The notes under the pieces were generated by a model that saw nothing but the letters and a program-made list of their open reading frames with translations, did no database searches and had not been told where the DNA came from. A DNA stretch of 64,000 nucleotides from Candidatus Multivoradales bacterium (GTDB lineage Bacteria > Acidobacteriota > Thermoanaerobaculia > Multivoradales > Multivoraceae), in assembly GCA_965223325.1 (NCBI GenBank), contig CBDCWI010000002.1, positions 1,376,001 to 1,440,000 of the forward strand, in the 5' to 3' direction. This document shows, one piece after another, positions 9,910 to 20,197 of this stretch (the first letter of the stretch is position 1; each line of letters starts with the position of its first letter). The position numbers and the translations under genes were made by a program.

Positions 9910-11271
9910 GTGCGTCCGACCAGAACCCTCCTCCTCGCGCTCGCGGCGTGGTTCCTTCTAGGAGTCACCGCCGCTTTCGTCCCGGGTCTCGAGTGGTCGT
10001 TCTGGGCGGCAGGACTCGGCCTTCTGCTCGTCGCGCTTTTCGACGGATGGATGGGTCGGCGCCTTCCCGAGCTGGCGATCGAACGGCGCCTACCCGGCGT
10101 GCTCCCACTGGGAGTATGGAGCGACGTCAAGCTGCGCGTGCGGTTCGGCCGCGACAAGCTCACCACCGATCGAGCCGACCCCAACGCCTCCACAGCCGAG
10201 GGCGAAGGCTCGCTGGGGGGAACAGCCCGAGTCTTCGACCATCCACCCGAGGCGTTCGAGTTCGTCGGCTTGCCCCGGCCAGCCGCTGTTCTCGGGGGCG
10301 GCTGGAGCGAAATCAGCTATCGCGTCAAACCCAACCAACGCGGCGACCATCGCTTCCGCGGAACCGAGGTGCAGCGCCGATCACCCTGGAGGCTGTGGTT
10401 CTGCCGTCAAAAGATCGACGACGATCAACTGGTTCGGGTGCTGCCGAACTTTCGACCGGTGTCGGGCTATGCGATCCTGGCACTCGAGAATCGCCTCGGC
10501 CAGATGGGCATTCGGCTGACGCGGCGGCGCGGCGAGGGCCTCGACTTCCAGCAGCTGCGCGACTATCGCGAAGGTGACTCCCCCCGTCAGCTCGACTGGG
10601 CCGCGACCGCCCGCATCGGCAAGCCGATCTCGCGCCAGTACCAGGACGAGAAGGACCAGCAGCTCGTCTTCCTGATCGACTGCGGGCGACGCATGCATGC
10701 CCGTGACGGCGAGCTGTCGCACTTCGACCACGTCCTCAACGCGGTCTTGCTCTTGACCTACGTCGCGCTACGCCAAGGTGACAGTGTTGGTTTTCTCACC
10801 TTCGCCGGTGCCGATCGCTGGCTGCCACCTCAGAAGGGCGCCGCGGCAATGAATACCGTCCTCGAGCGGGTCTACGACCTCCAGACGACCACCGCGCCAT
10901 CGGACTACCTGGCGGCGGCCGAAAAGCTCGCCATCCTGCAGCGACGGCGGTCGTTGGTGGTTCTGGTTTCGAACCTGCGCGACGAAGACTCTTCCGAGCT
11001 CCTCCCCGCCCTGCGGCTTCTCCGCACGCGCAACCTGGTGCTGCTGGCGAGTCTGCGTGAACACTCGCTCGACACCGCGTTGCAGCAGCCGATTCACACC
11101 CTCGACGACGCCATCGATGTCTCCGCCGTCCACCACTACCTGGCGGCCCGCGAACGCGCCTGGGAGGCGGTCGCCGGCCAGGGAGTTCTGACTCTCGACA
11201 CCGAACCTGAAGACCTGCCGCTACGAGTTGTCAACCGCTACCTGGACATCAAACGCAGCGGCGCTCTCTGA
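9910..11271 (+). CDS. DUF58 / vWA-like domain protein (MoxR partner)
   Basis: GEGLDFQQLRDYREGD, DWAATAR, DCGRRM (MIDAS-like); GTG at 9910 preferred over the ORF-track start that overlaps moxR. Confidence 0.9.
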   Translation: MRPTRTLLLALAAWFLLGVTAAFVPGLEWSFWAAGLGLLLVALFDGWMGRRLPELAIERRLPGVLPLGVWSDVKLRVRFGRDKLTTDRADPNASTAEGEGSLGGTARVFDHPPEAFEFVGLPRPAAVLGGGWSEISYRVKPNQRGDHRFRGTEVQRRSPWRLWFCRQKIDDDQLVRVLPNFRPVSGYAILALENRLGQMGIRLTRRRGEGLDFQQLRDYREGDSPRQLDWAATARIGKPISRQYQDEKDQQLVFLIDCGRRMHARDGELSHFDHVLNAVLLLTYVALRQGDSVGFLTFAGADRWLPPQKGAAAMNTVLERVYDLQTTTAPSDYLAAAEKLAILQRRRSLVVLVSNLRDEDSSELLPALRLLRTRNLVLLASLREHSLDTALQQPIHTLDDAIDVSAVHHYLAARERAWEAVAGQGVLTLDTEPEDLPLRVVNRYLDIKRSGAL

Positions 11272-11312
11272 AGCTCCGAGAGGCGCGGTTCCTGCTGTGA
11301 GACCATGCGCCG

Positions 11313-12107
11313 ATGAAGATCGCGACCTGGAACATCAACGGCCTCCGTGCCCGACTCGACTTCATTCTCCATTGGTTGGCCGCCAGGGAACCCGACGTTG
11401 TCGGCCTGCAGGAACTGAAGCTCGAGGACTCCAGGTTTCCGTATGAGGCTTTCGAGCAGGTCGGCTACCGCGCCCATGTTCACGGGCAAAAGAGCTGGAA
11501 CGGCGTTGCCGTGCTGGTTCGAGAGGGTTCCGTCGGAGCCGGAACCGAGGTCAGAAAACGGGGCCTTCCCGACCAGGAGGATCGAGGCGCCCGCCTGCTC
11601 GAGGTCGCGCTCCCGAACTTCGACTTCACCACCGTCTACTGCCCCAACGGCAAGAGCGTCGACCACCAGGACTTCCCCGCCAAGCTCGCCTGGTTCGACA
11701 CTCTGATCGACTACGAACGGACCGCTTCGAAGGGACGACCACGCATTCTGTGCGGAGACTGGAACCTCTGCCCCCAGCCCATCGACTCCCACGATGAGGC
11801 GCGCCTTGAAGGTTCGATCTTCCACACCAAAGAAGAGCGCCAACGGTTCCAGACTCTGCTCGACCTCGGCTACCGCGACGTTTTCCGTGACCTACATCCC
11901 GAGGACCAGGTGTTCTCGTGGTGGGACTACCGCGCCGGCGCCTTTCATCGTGGCTGGGGTCTACGCATCGACCTTGTCCTGGCGACCCCCGACCTGGCGT
12001 CCAGGGCGCGCACCGCTCTGGTCGATCGCGAGTACCGCAAGAAGAAGGACGGCCAGACCGCCTCGGATCACGCTCCGGTGATCGTCGAGCTCGACGACGA
12101 CGGCTGA
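11313..12107 (+). CDS. xth: Exodeoxyribonuclease III (AP endonuclease)
   Basis: MKIATWNING, LQELK, GQKSWNGVA, YCPNG, GDWN, FSWWDYR, GLRIDLVL, SDHAPV. Confidence 0.96.
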   Translation: MKIATWNINGLRARLDFILHWLAAREPDVVGLQELKLEDSRFPYEAFEQVGYRAHVHGQKSWNGVAVLVREGSVGAGTEVRKRGLPDQEDRGARLLEVALPNFDFTTVYCPNGKSVDHQDFPAKLAWFDTLIDYERTASKGRPRILCGDWNLCPQPIDSHDEARLEGSIFHTKEERQRFQTLLDLGYRDVFRDLHPEDQVFSWWDYRAGAFHRGWGLRIDLVLATPDLASRARTALVDREYRKKKDGQTASDHAPVIVELDDDG

Positions 12108-12342
12108 TCGGACCGCTGCATCGATCGGAAGGGTGCTTGAGTTCTTCGGTCGAGCTGTGGAAGAGTCCCCTTGTTCGCGAGGCGCACAAGCGCGCCTCGC
12201 CGCCCCAGTCAACGCTGGGGCCGGGTTCCCGTGGACCTGCCACCTGGAACCACGGTCCCTGAAACAACTCCCTGGCACGCTGCCGCACTCATGGCATCGC
12301 GTGCTCATAGGCACTCGTTCGCGCGTGCCGAGGACTAGAACG

Positions 12343-12441
12343 ATGACGATCAACATCTTCGCCCTCATCCAGGGCGGCCTACTCCTTCTGCTTCCCTTCG
12401 CCGCCCTCGTCCTGACCCGCACCAGGCGACGCCGCAGCTAG
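12343..12441 (+). CDS. Putative 32-aa single-TM small protein MTINIFALIQGGLLLLLPFAALVLTRTRRRRS
   Basis: GAGGA about 8 nt upstream of ATG; hydrophobic stretch followed by a poly-Arg tail; C/G-ending codons like neighbouring genes. Confidence 0.5.
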   Translation: MTINIFALIQGGLLLLLPFAALVLTRTRRRRS

Positions 12442-12492
12442 CGTAGGTCGCAGAGTTCTCGTGCGGCAGCGTCAACCAGCGACCAAAGCGAC

Positions 12493-13197
<705 letters not shown>

Positions 13198-13268
13198 CGC
13201 ATCTCCCGGTTGGTGGCATAGCTGGGTAAGCCAAGGGCCCTTCGTCTAGGCAACGATAAGATTACAGG

Positions 13269-13718
13269 GTGAACCAGGAGGCATCAGAAACCGGCCGACC
13301 AGAACACCCGCTGGTCTTTTACGATGGCGTGTGTGGCCTTTGCAACCGCACCACGCGCTTCATTTTGAAGCGCGACCCGGAAGGTCTCTTTCGCTTCGCT
13401 CCCCTCCAGAGTGCCTTCGCTAGTGAGGTCCTGCCGCGACACGGCGCCGACCCGGCAGCGCTCGACACTCTCTTCGTCCTCACCGCCGACGACCCGGAAG
13501 CCGAGCGCCTCCTGGAGCGAAGCGACGCGGTGCTCTGGATCCTTGCGCGCCTTTCGAAACCCTGGCCCCTCTTCGCTCTTCTCGCACGCCGGGTGCCAAG
13601 AGCCCCCCGAGATCTCGCCTACCGCCTCCTTGCGCGGCACCGCTACCGCATCTTCGGGCGCTCGGACGCCTGCGAAATCCCCGCGCCGACAGTACGCGCG
13701 CGTTTCCTGGTCGACTGA
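13269..13718 (+). CDS. DCC1-like (DUF393) thiol-disulfide oxidoreductase family protein
   Basis: FYDGVCGLC, FAPLQS, RDLAYRLLARHRYRIFG. Confidence 0.92.
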   Translation: MNQEASETGRPEHPLVFYDGVCGLCNRTTRFILKRDPEGLFRFAPLQSAFASEVLPRHGADPAALDTLFVLTADDPEAERLLERSDAVLWILARLSKPWPLFALLARRVPRAPRDLAYRLLARHRYRIFGRSDACEIPAPTVRARFLVD

Positions 13719-13727
13719 AACGTCACC

Positions 13728-14606
13728 ATGCCACTCCTGGAGGTCCGTGACCTGGTCAAAGAGTATGGAGACCTGCGCGCCGTCGACGGGGTCTCGTTCG
13801 AGATCCCCAGCGGTAGCTGCTTTGGGCTTTTGGGCCCCAATGGCGCGGGCAAAACGACCACCGTCGAGATCATGGAGGGCGTCAAGGAACCAACCTCTGG
13901 CGAGGTTCTCTACCGCGGCAGAGCGATCGATCACCGCTTCCGCCAGGAGGCCGGCATTCAGTTTCAGTCGACTGCGCTGCAGGACTACATCAAGGTGCGG
14001 GAGGTTCTCGATCTCTTCGGCGCCCTCTACGAACGCACGATGGAGCGCCAGCGCCTGGTCGAGATGTGTGCTCTCTCCGAGTTCCTCGAACGTGACGTCG
14101 CCAAGCTATCGGGAGGTCAGCGGCAGCGCTTGTTGCTCGCTGTCGCGCTGGTGAACGACCCCGACGTGGTGTTTCTCGACGAGCCCACGACCGGGCTCGA
14201 TCCCCAGGCACGCCACAACTTCTGGGACCTCGTGCGCACGATTCGTGCCGAAGGCAAGACGCTGGTTCTCACCACCCACTACATGGAGGAAGCGTGGGTA
14301 CTCTGCGACGAGATCTGCATCATGGATCGCGGCCAGATCATCGCCCGCGGTGCGCCCTCGGTGCTGCTCGAGGAGCAGTTCGAAGGTGCAGTCATCGAGC
14401 TCCCCCAGACGGCCTTCACTCCTCCCACCGACTACCCCTGGCCCTTCTTCGCGCGCCATGACCTGATCGAGATTCACACCGCAGAAGTCGACCAGACGCT
14501 CCGCGACCTGCTCGAGCGCCAGGTCGACCTCGAAGACCTGAGGGTCAAGGAACGCACCCTCGAAGACCTCTTCCTCGAACTCACCGGCCGCGAACTGCGC
14601 GCCTAG
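13728..14606 (+). CDS. ABC transporter ATP-binding protein (exporter type)
   Basis: GPNGAGKTT, LSGGQ, FLDEPTTGLDP, TTHYMEEA. Confidence 0.95.
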   Translation: MPLLEVRDLVKEYGDLRAVDGVSFEIPSGSCFGLLGPNGAGKTTTVEIMEGVKEPTSGEVLYRGRAIDHRFRQEAGIQFQSTALQDYIKVREVLDLFGALYERTMERQRLVEMCALSEFLERDVAKLSGGQRQRLLLAVALVNDPDVVFLDEPTTGLDPQARHNFWDLVRTIRAEGKTLVLTTHYMEEAWVLCDEICIMDRGQIIARGAPSVLLEEQFEGAVIELPQTAFTPPTDYPWPFFARHDLIEIHTAEVDQTLRDLLERQVDLEDLRVKERTLEDLFLELTGRELRA

Positions 14607-14622
14607 GACAACTCACCCCTCG

Positions 14623-15648
14623 ATGTTTCTGACTCGCACCCTGGCCGTCTGGAAGGCCCGCAACCGCGAGTTCTGGCGCGACAAGGCATCGCTGGGTTGG
14701 GGGCTCCTGTTTCCGATCCTCATGCTGGTTGGCTTCGGCTTCATCTTCGACGGTGGTCCCCAGCCGGTCTTCAAGATCGGCCTGATCGGCGAGACGCCGG
14801 AGCCGGGTGGCCCGCTGGCCAGATTCCTCGAAACACCCGAGCTCGAGTTCGTTCCTGTTGCCTCGCTTGAAGAAGGTATGCGCAAGATCGGCCAGCACCG
14901 CTATGACCTGTTGCTCGACCCGGGAACCACGGCGACCCCAGCTCGCTACTGGATCAACGGGGGCTCGAGCAAGGGGGCCATGGCGCGCCGCGTCCTCCTG
15001 GGCTCCGACCCGCCCGCTGACCTCACCATGGAGACCGTCAATGGACGAGAGCTGCGCTATGTCGACTGGTTCTTCCCGGGTCTCCTGGGCATGAACATCA
15101 TGTTCGCCGCCCTCATCGGTGTGGGCTTCGTGATCGTTCGCTACCGCAAGAACGGTGTTCTGCGACGCTTGAAGGCCACCCCGCTCAGCGCGTTCGAGTT
15201 TCTGACCGCTCAGGTCGCCTCACGCATGTTGCTCGTCATGGCGATTACCCTGATGGTCTATGTCGGTGCCCTCGGCATGCTCGACATTCAGATGCTGGGC
15301 AGCCACCTGCTCCTGTTCCTGGTGTTTGGCGTCGGCGCGTTCTGCCTGATCGCTCTCGGGGTGGTGATCTCGGCGCGCACCGCCAGCGAAGAGCTCGCGG
15401 GCGGACTACTGAACCTCATGACCTGGCCGATGATGATCCTCTCGGATGTCTGGTTTTCCCTCGAGGGCGCCCCGGCGTGGGTGCGTTCGATCGCGGAGCT
15501 TCTCCCATTGACCCACCTCAACCGTGCCGCCCGAGAGGTCATGATCGATGGCGCCGGCTTCTCCGCCATCGCGCCCGAACTGGTTCTACTCGCCGGCTCG
15601 AGTCTTCTCTTTCTGACAGTCGGCGCGTTTCTGTTCCGGTGGGAGTGA
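14623..15648 (+). CDS. ABC-2 type exporter permease
   Basis: Multiple TMs, YVDWFFPG, GVLRRLKATP, LPLTH. Confidence 0.92.
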   Translation: MFLTRTLAVWKARNREFWRDKASLGWGLLFPILMLVGFGFIFDGGPQPVFKIGLIGETPEPGGPLARFLETPELEFVPVASLEEGMRKIGQHRYDLLLDPGTTATPARYWINGGSSKGAMARRVLLGSDPPADLTMETVNGRELRYVDWFFPGLLGMNIMFAALIGVGFVIVRYRKNGVLRRLKATPLSAFEFLTAQVASRMLLVMAITLMVYVGALGMLDIQMLGSHLLLFLVFGVGAFCLIALGVVISARTASEELAGGLLNLMTWPMMILSDVWFSLEGAPAWVRSIAELLPLTHLNRAAREVMIDGAGFSAIAPELVLLAGSSLLFLTVGAFLFRWE

Positions 15649-15715
15649 CGGCCACATCAGGACGCCCACCATGAGGACGACCAGCTCAGCCAACACTCAG
15701 CCAGTCATGCCGGTG

Positions 15716-16288
15716 TCAAGAGTCCGTCTGGCGCATACGTGCGCGATGGCGCTGTTTGATCTGGCGCGCGACCTTCTCGGGCATCAGCACGAACAGACCT
15801 TTCGCCTCACCGACGATGTCTCCCTCGCGAGTTTCGAGGCGCGCATGGGTGGTCACCTTGCGACCACGGACCTCGCCGACCCACGCGTCGACCCTGAGCT
15901 GCGAGAACAAGGGCACCATGCTGCGAAAGTCATACTCGATGCGTGCCGTAAACGAGGGGTAACCCGAAAGCATCGCTGCAGCACCCAGGGCGTGATCGAC
16001 GACCGCCAAGAGAGCACCACCGTGCACGTGCCCCGGTGGACCCTGGGTCAGCGAGCCAAACCAGGCCTTGCCGACCAGATGGTCGTCCTCGAGGCGGCGG
16101 TAACTTCGAAAAGCGAGGCCGAGACGCTCCGCATCCGACGCTCCCGAGCCGGTAGAGCTCCAGGGTGTCTCGGTGACAAAAAACGCAGTGTCGCCGGGCG
16201 ACGGCCTGCTCCCGACGGTGACCCACCCCTCGTCGGGCTCGAGCCAGGCTGGGTCGAAGACGTCGCCGCTGGAGTCAGAGGAGGCCAC
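15716..16288 (-). CDS. PaaI/hotdog-fold thioesterase
   Basis: QGPPGHVHGGALLAVVDHALG. Confidence 0.88.
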   Translation of the reverse strand: MASSDSSGDVFDPAWLEPDEGWVTVGSRPSPGDTAFFVTETPWSSTGSGASDAERLGLAFRSYRRLEDDHLVGKAWFGSLTQGPPGHVHGGALLAVVDHALGAAAMLSGYPSFTARIEYDFRSMVPLFSQLRVDAWVGEVRGRKVTTHARLETREGDIVGEAKGLFVLMPEKVARQIKQRHRARMRQTDS

Positions 16289-17042
16289 GTCGACGCATGC
16301 GACCGATCAGCTCGCCACCCAGCTTGCGATAGGCAGACGCGCCGGGAGACCAGCTCTGGTATTCGAGCACCGTGTAGCCATCGCGCGGCGCCCGCGCCAA
16401 GGCGACGTTCAGCGGGATTTCTGTATTCAATACCCGTCGACCGTAGGCTTCGCGGATCGCACCGCCAGAGATGGCGGTTTCGCCGCTGCGATGATCGACC
16501 ATCGTGAGCGCAATGCCCAGGAGATCGCCCGGACTATCGAGCGGCGCCGTCTCGAGCGCTTGAAAGAAGCGTCGGAGGGCGTCGACCGAGAGCTCATGGG
16601 CAGTGGTCGGGATCACGTACCCGTGGCACGCCTGAAGCGCCATCGACGGCAGAATGGACAAACCAGGAGGCGCATCGACCAGGATGACCTCGTAGTGCCG
16701 TCGTATCGGTGCCAAGGCGCGTTGCAGGACGCGCGTTGGGTCACGCCTTCGTGCCAGCGTTAAGTCGGCACCGGCCAGACGGATGTCACTGGGAAGAAGC
16801 CGCACGCCGTCGAGCCCGGTCTCGATCACCGAGCGCGCGACCGACGCATCGTCGAGCAGGACGCCGTGAACACTGGGGCCCTGCCAGTCATTCGGCAGTC
16901 CGAGGGAGTAGCTGGCTGAGCCCTGAGGGTCCAGATCGACAACCAGGGTGCGCAGACCAGTCTCGGCGAAAACTGCCGCGAGGTTGACGGCGGTGGTGGT
17001 CTTCCCGACCCCGCCCTTGACGTTGACGAACGAGAGAATCAT
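16275..17042 (-). CDS. ParA/Soj family ATPase (no parB adjacent)
   Basis: NVKGGVGKTTTAVNLA, VDLDPQG, DAPPGL. Confidence 0.92.
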   Translation of the reverse strand: MILSFVNVKGGVGKTTTAVNLAAVFAETGLRTLVVDLDPQGSASYSLGLPNDWQGPSVHGVLLDDASVARSVIETGLDGVRLLPSDIRLAGADLTLARRRDPTRVLQRALAPIRRHYEVILVDAPPGLSILPSMALQACHGYVIPTTAHELSVDALRRFFQALETAPLDSPGDLLGIALTMVDHRSGETAISGGAIREAYGRRVLNTEIPLNVALARAPRDGYTVLEYQSWSPGASAYRKLGGELIGRMRRRGLL

Positions 17043-17085
17043 GGGGCACAAGTATACGCACCAGGCTCCCAGCCGCCACCTGAAC

Positions 17086-18372
17086 TCAGGTCATGCCAGC
17101 CAGGCGGGCCTCCAGAAACCTCCGCAGTGGGCGGTTTCCAGCCACGTCCAGTGCGCGCTGGAAGCTCGCCTTCGCCGCTTCCGTCTGGCCTGCGCGGCGG
17201 AGAACCTCGGCGCGCACGACGTGAAACGGCGGATGCACCAAAAGGGTCTCTTCACGCTCGAGGGGCCCAAGCAGCTCGAGGGCTCTCTTGAGACCGTGAA
17301 CTTCGAGAACCGCCACCAGGCGGTTGAGTTCGACCACCGGCGAAGGTGCCAGCCTCGAGAGCCGATCGTAGCAACGCAGAATCTGTTCCCAGGGGACCTC
17401 CGCGTGACTCGGCGACAGGGTATGGCAGGAGGCAATCTCGGCCTCGAGGTGGAAGCGAGTCTCCGACTGGCCGCGCGCGCTCCGCCTGAGTCGTTCGAGC
17501 CCACGGCGAGAAAGCGCGCCGTCCCAGACACTGCGATCTTGCTCCGCGAGCACCACCACAACTCCTTCGGCGTCGAGTCGCGCTGGAAGACGCGCTGCCT
17601 GAAAGAGGAACAAAGCCGCAAGAGCGTCACACGAAGGATGTTCGGTCACCGGGTGATCGGCAAGCAGTTCAGCCAGCCGCACCGCCTCGAGACAGAGCTC
17701 CGGGCGAATCAACTCCTCGTCTTCGAAGGCGGCGTAGCCACGGTTGAACATCAGGTACAAGCTGGCCTGGACGGCCGCTACTCGCTCAGCCAGTTCCTCT
17801 GGCCCGGGAAACTCAACCGGCACGTCGAGCGCCCGCAGCCTGGCGCGGGCGCGCACCAGACGTTGTGCAACGGTCGCTTCGGCGACCAGAAAACCGCGCG
17901 CGATCTCACGAGCGCTCATCCCGCCGGCGGTCGACAAGACCAACGCGACGCGCGATTCCTCGGAGAGCGCCGGATGGCAACAGGCAAAGATCAGCCGCAG
18001 TTGATCGTCCTGGATCTCGCCACGAAACCCGGCAGGCGACCGCTCGGCTCGCCCCAATCGGCGCTCGATCTCGTGCTCGACAGCAGAACGGCGTTCGTCG
18101 AAGCGCCGTTCGCGACGTAGACGATCAATCGCTCGATTGCGCGCGACGCGCGTGATCCAGGCGCGCGGGTTGTCCGGTACGCCATCCCATGGCCAGCGCT
18201 TCAAAGCCTCGACGAAGGCCTCGGAGACGACGTCTTCGGCGAGGCGCAGACCGTCGCTGCCGAGAATGCGAGCCAGGAGCGCCACCAACTCACCGGAGTG
18301 GCGACGAAAGAGGTTGTCGATCGCCAGCTCAGGGCTCTGGCCAGAACCATCGGCGGCTAGAGCGTCAGGCAC
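17086..18372 (-). CDS. ECF sigma factor with C-terminal TPR-like extension (ECF42-type, DUF6596)
   Basis: AEDVVSEAF, WPWDGVPDNPRAW, DDQLRLIFACCHP, YLMFNRGY, QDRSVWD, SPVVELNR; GTG at 18372 immediately after the YciI stop. Confidence 0.9.
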   Translation of the reverse strand: MPDALAADGSGQSPELAIDNLFRRHSGELVALLARILGSDGLRLAEDVVSEAFVEALKRWPWDGVPDNPRAWITRVARNRAIDRLRRERRFDERRSAVEHEIERRLGRAERSPAGFRGEIQDDQLRLIFACCHPALSEESRVALVLSTAGGMSAREIARGFLVAEATVAQRLVRARARLRALDVPVEFPGPEELAERVAAVQASLYLMFNRGYAAFEDEELIRPELCLEAVRLAELLADHPVTEHPSCDALAALFLFQAARLPARLDAEGVVVVLAEQDRSVWDGALSRRGLERLRRSARGQSETRFHLEAEIASCHTLSPSHAEVPWEQILRCYDRLSRLAPSPVVELNRLVAVLEVHGLKRALELLGPLEREETLLVHPPFHVVRAEVLRRAGQTEAAKASFQRALDVAGNRPLRRFLEARLAGMT

Positions 18373-18373
18373 G

Positions 18374-18727
18374 CTAGCCCGAAAGGACTTCGATCTGGCG
18401 GAGTTCGATGCGCCGCCCAGGCCGCAGGTGGGGGCAGCCTCTCGAAATCTCGACCGCCTCGTCGTAGGAATCGGCCTCGATGAGGAAGTAGCCGCCGATG
18501 ACCTCCTTGGACTCTGCGTATGGTCCATCGACGACAACCACCTCTCCACCCTGGAGGGAGAGAACCCGGCCACCTTCGTCGTGCAGCTTCTCTCCGCCGA
18601 TCAGCTGGCCGGCTTCACCGATGCGCCGCGACCAGGCCTGGTACTCGGCAATCACCGCCTGAATCTCAGAAGGCGACGGCTGGTTGGAGTTGGGATCTTC
18701 GTGGAGCAAGAGAATGAACTGTGGCAT
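18374..18727 (-). CDS. YciI/DGPF domain protein
   Basis: GGAGG RBS; VVDGPYAESKEVIGGYFLI, IELRQI. Confidence 0.92.
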   Translation of the reverse strand: MPQFILLLHEDPNSNQPSPSEIQAVIAEYQAWSRRIGEAGQLIGGEKLHDEGGRVLSLQGGEVVVVDGPYAESKEVIGGYFLIEADSYDEAVEISRGCPHLRPGRRIELRQIEVLSG

Positions 18728-18803
18728 GCGGACAGACCTCCGTTTTCGTTGGGTCGACTGGTTGAGCCTTCTATGAGGCGAAGGAGCCGCCTCGTAGGTA
18801 GCT

Positions 18804-18830
18804 GACGCTCGAGACCGGGCCAACTCGACG
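18804..18830 (-). promoter_or_regulatory. Putative ECF42-type promoter: CGTCGA-N17-CGTC
   Basis: One mismatch to the TGTCGA...CGTC motif I recall for ECF42 targets; lies about 77 nt upstream of the DGPF-sigma operon. Confidence 0.55.
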
Positions 18831-19023
18831 CCGATCCTCCACTTCGCTACAAAAAAAGTAGCGGACCCGAGCCGACCGTGAAGTCAACCGGGCCCGCCGT
18901 GCCCAAAGGTCAGGGGCTCAACTCTCGCAGCGTCCCCGTGCCTCCGGCTGCCGGGCAGGCAAACCAGTGACGACGAGCGCCGAGCGGGTCGAGAGGAACC
19001 GATGTGGTGATCTTAGCCGCAGT

Positions 19024-20184
19024 CTACCTCCTGATTTGCCTCGCTGAGGAAATCCATTGCGAGACTTTTTGCAGATTGGGCAACGCCGCGACCCGATTCT
19101 CGCGCGCGTTGGTCTCCGAAAGCCTTGCCAGTAGGGCTTCTGCGGCCTGATCGGCAAGTTCGTCGACGGTCTGAATCCCTGAAAAATGTATCAGTTCTGC
19201 GAACTGGCCCATCACGCCCTCAACCCGCATGAGATCGGCCATGCTGGTCCAGCGACCGACGACCGTTGCATCGACGTCGGGCCGCGACAGGGACGCGGCG
19301 ATCGCAGCCCGCTGCTCTGCGTCGCGACCCCGCTCGAGCAGATCGAGGGTGGTCGAAATGCCGATTGCGCGAAGCCTTCGGCCGTAGCCTGGGCCGATAC
19401 CCTCGATCTCCTCGACCTCGTAGCCGATGCGTGCCGCCTCTTCGTTCTCGCCGAAGACCAACTCGCTGGGCCGACCACCCGCCTGCCGAATCCAGTCGGC
19501 CACCTCGTGCAAACGGATCTCCATTCGGGTGCGGTTCTCACGCTCGTTGACCTGGAGGAGCCGCGCTTCGAGGTCGTCGGGCTTCTGGCGCGCCAACTCG
19601 ACCACCGAACTGATGCCGGCGAACTCGAGGAGCTCGGCGAACTGACCACGCACTCCCTGGATTCGGCAGAGGTCGGCCATGTTGTACCAACGGCGCACGA
19701 CCTTTTCCGTCACGTCGTCGTGCTGGACCCGCGCTGCGATGCGACGGAGCTCCTCGGCCCCATCGCCGCGCGCTAGCAGGTCCGCCGTCGTCGCGATACC
19801 CAGCGCGCGCATGTCGCGACCGAAGGCTGGGCCGATGCCCTCGATCTCTTCGATCTCGTAGGAGTCTGCTGCCAGCCGTGGGTCGAGCCCGAAACGGGTA
19901 TCGACAGGGTCGGCCTGCATCGCCGCCGCCGGTACGACGGCCGGTTCAGGAGCTACCGCGGCCTCGTGACGGTCGACGTCGGCGGCCATGGCCGCACGCA
20001 CCTTGTCGCGACGACGCGCGCCGTCTCCGCCAACCTCTGCCGCCAACCGGTCGCGCTCGGCCTCCAAGGCCCTGATCCTCTCGCGTGCCCACGCACCGAG
20101 ACCGAGCCAGCCGAGAGCCGCTCCGAGAAGAGCCGCCAGCAGCAAGCAGGGCCAGAATGTCGTCAGTACCTGACTCAGCAGCAT
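19024..20184 (-). CDS. Membrane-anchored protein with coiled coil and two tandem DUF4332 (helix-hairpin-helix-like) domains
   Basis: N-terminal TM LLLAALLGAALGWL; two copies of EEIEGIGP...DLL...MADLxR(I/V)xGVxGQFAEL...AG/SGI...ELA. Confidence 0.85.
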   Translation of the reverse strand: MLLSQVLTTFWPCLLLAALLGAALGWLGLGAWARERIRALEAERDRLAAEVGGDGARRRDKVRAAMAADVDRHEAAVAPEPAVVPAAAMQADPVDTRFGLDPRLAADSYEIEEIEGIGPAFGRDMRALGIATTADLLARGDGAEELRRIAARVQHDDVTEKVVRRWYNMADLCRIQGVRGQFAELLEFAGISSVVELARQKPDDLEARLLQVNERENRTRMEIRLHEVADWIRQAGGRPSELVFGENEEAARIGYEVEEIEGIGPGYGRRLRAIGISTTLDLLERGRDAEQRAAIAASLSRPDVDATVVGRWTSMADLMRVEGVMGQFAELIHFSGIQTVDELADQAAEALLARLSETNARENRVAALPNLQKVSQWISSARQIRR

Positions 20185-20197
20185 CGAACCACCCTCC

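Noticed and set aside
12125-12245. Cobalamin riboswitch (GACCTGCC)
   Set aside because: No GCCACTG / GGGAAG B12-box arrangement and no B12-related downstream gene
12273-12305. Sigma-54 promoter (TGGCACG...GC)
   Set aside because: GG-to-GC spacing is shorter than the required 10 nt in both candidate sites
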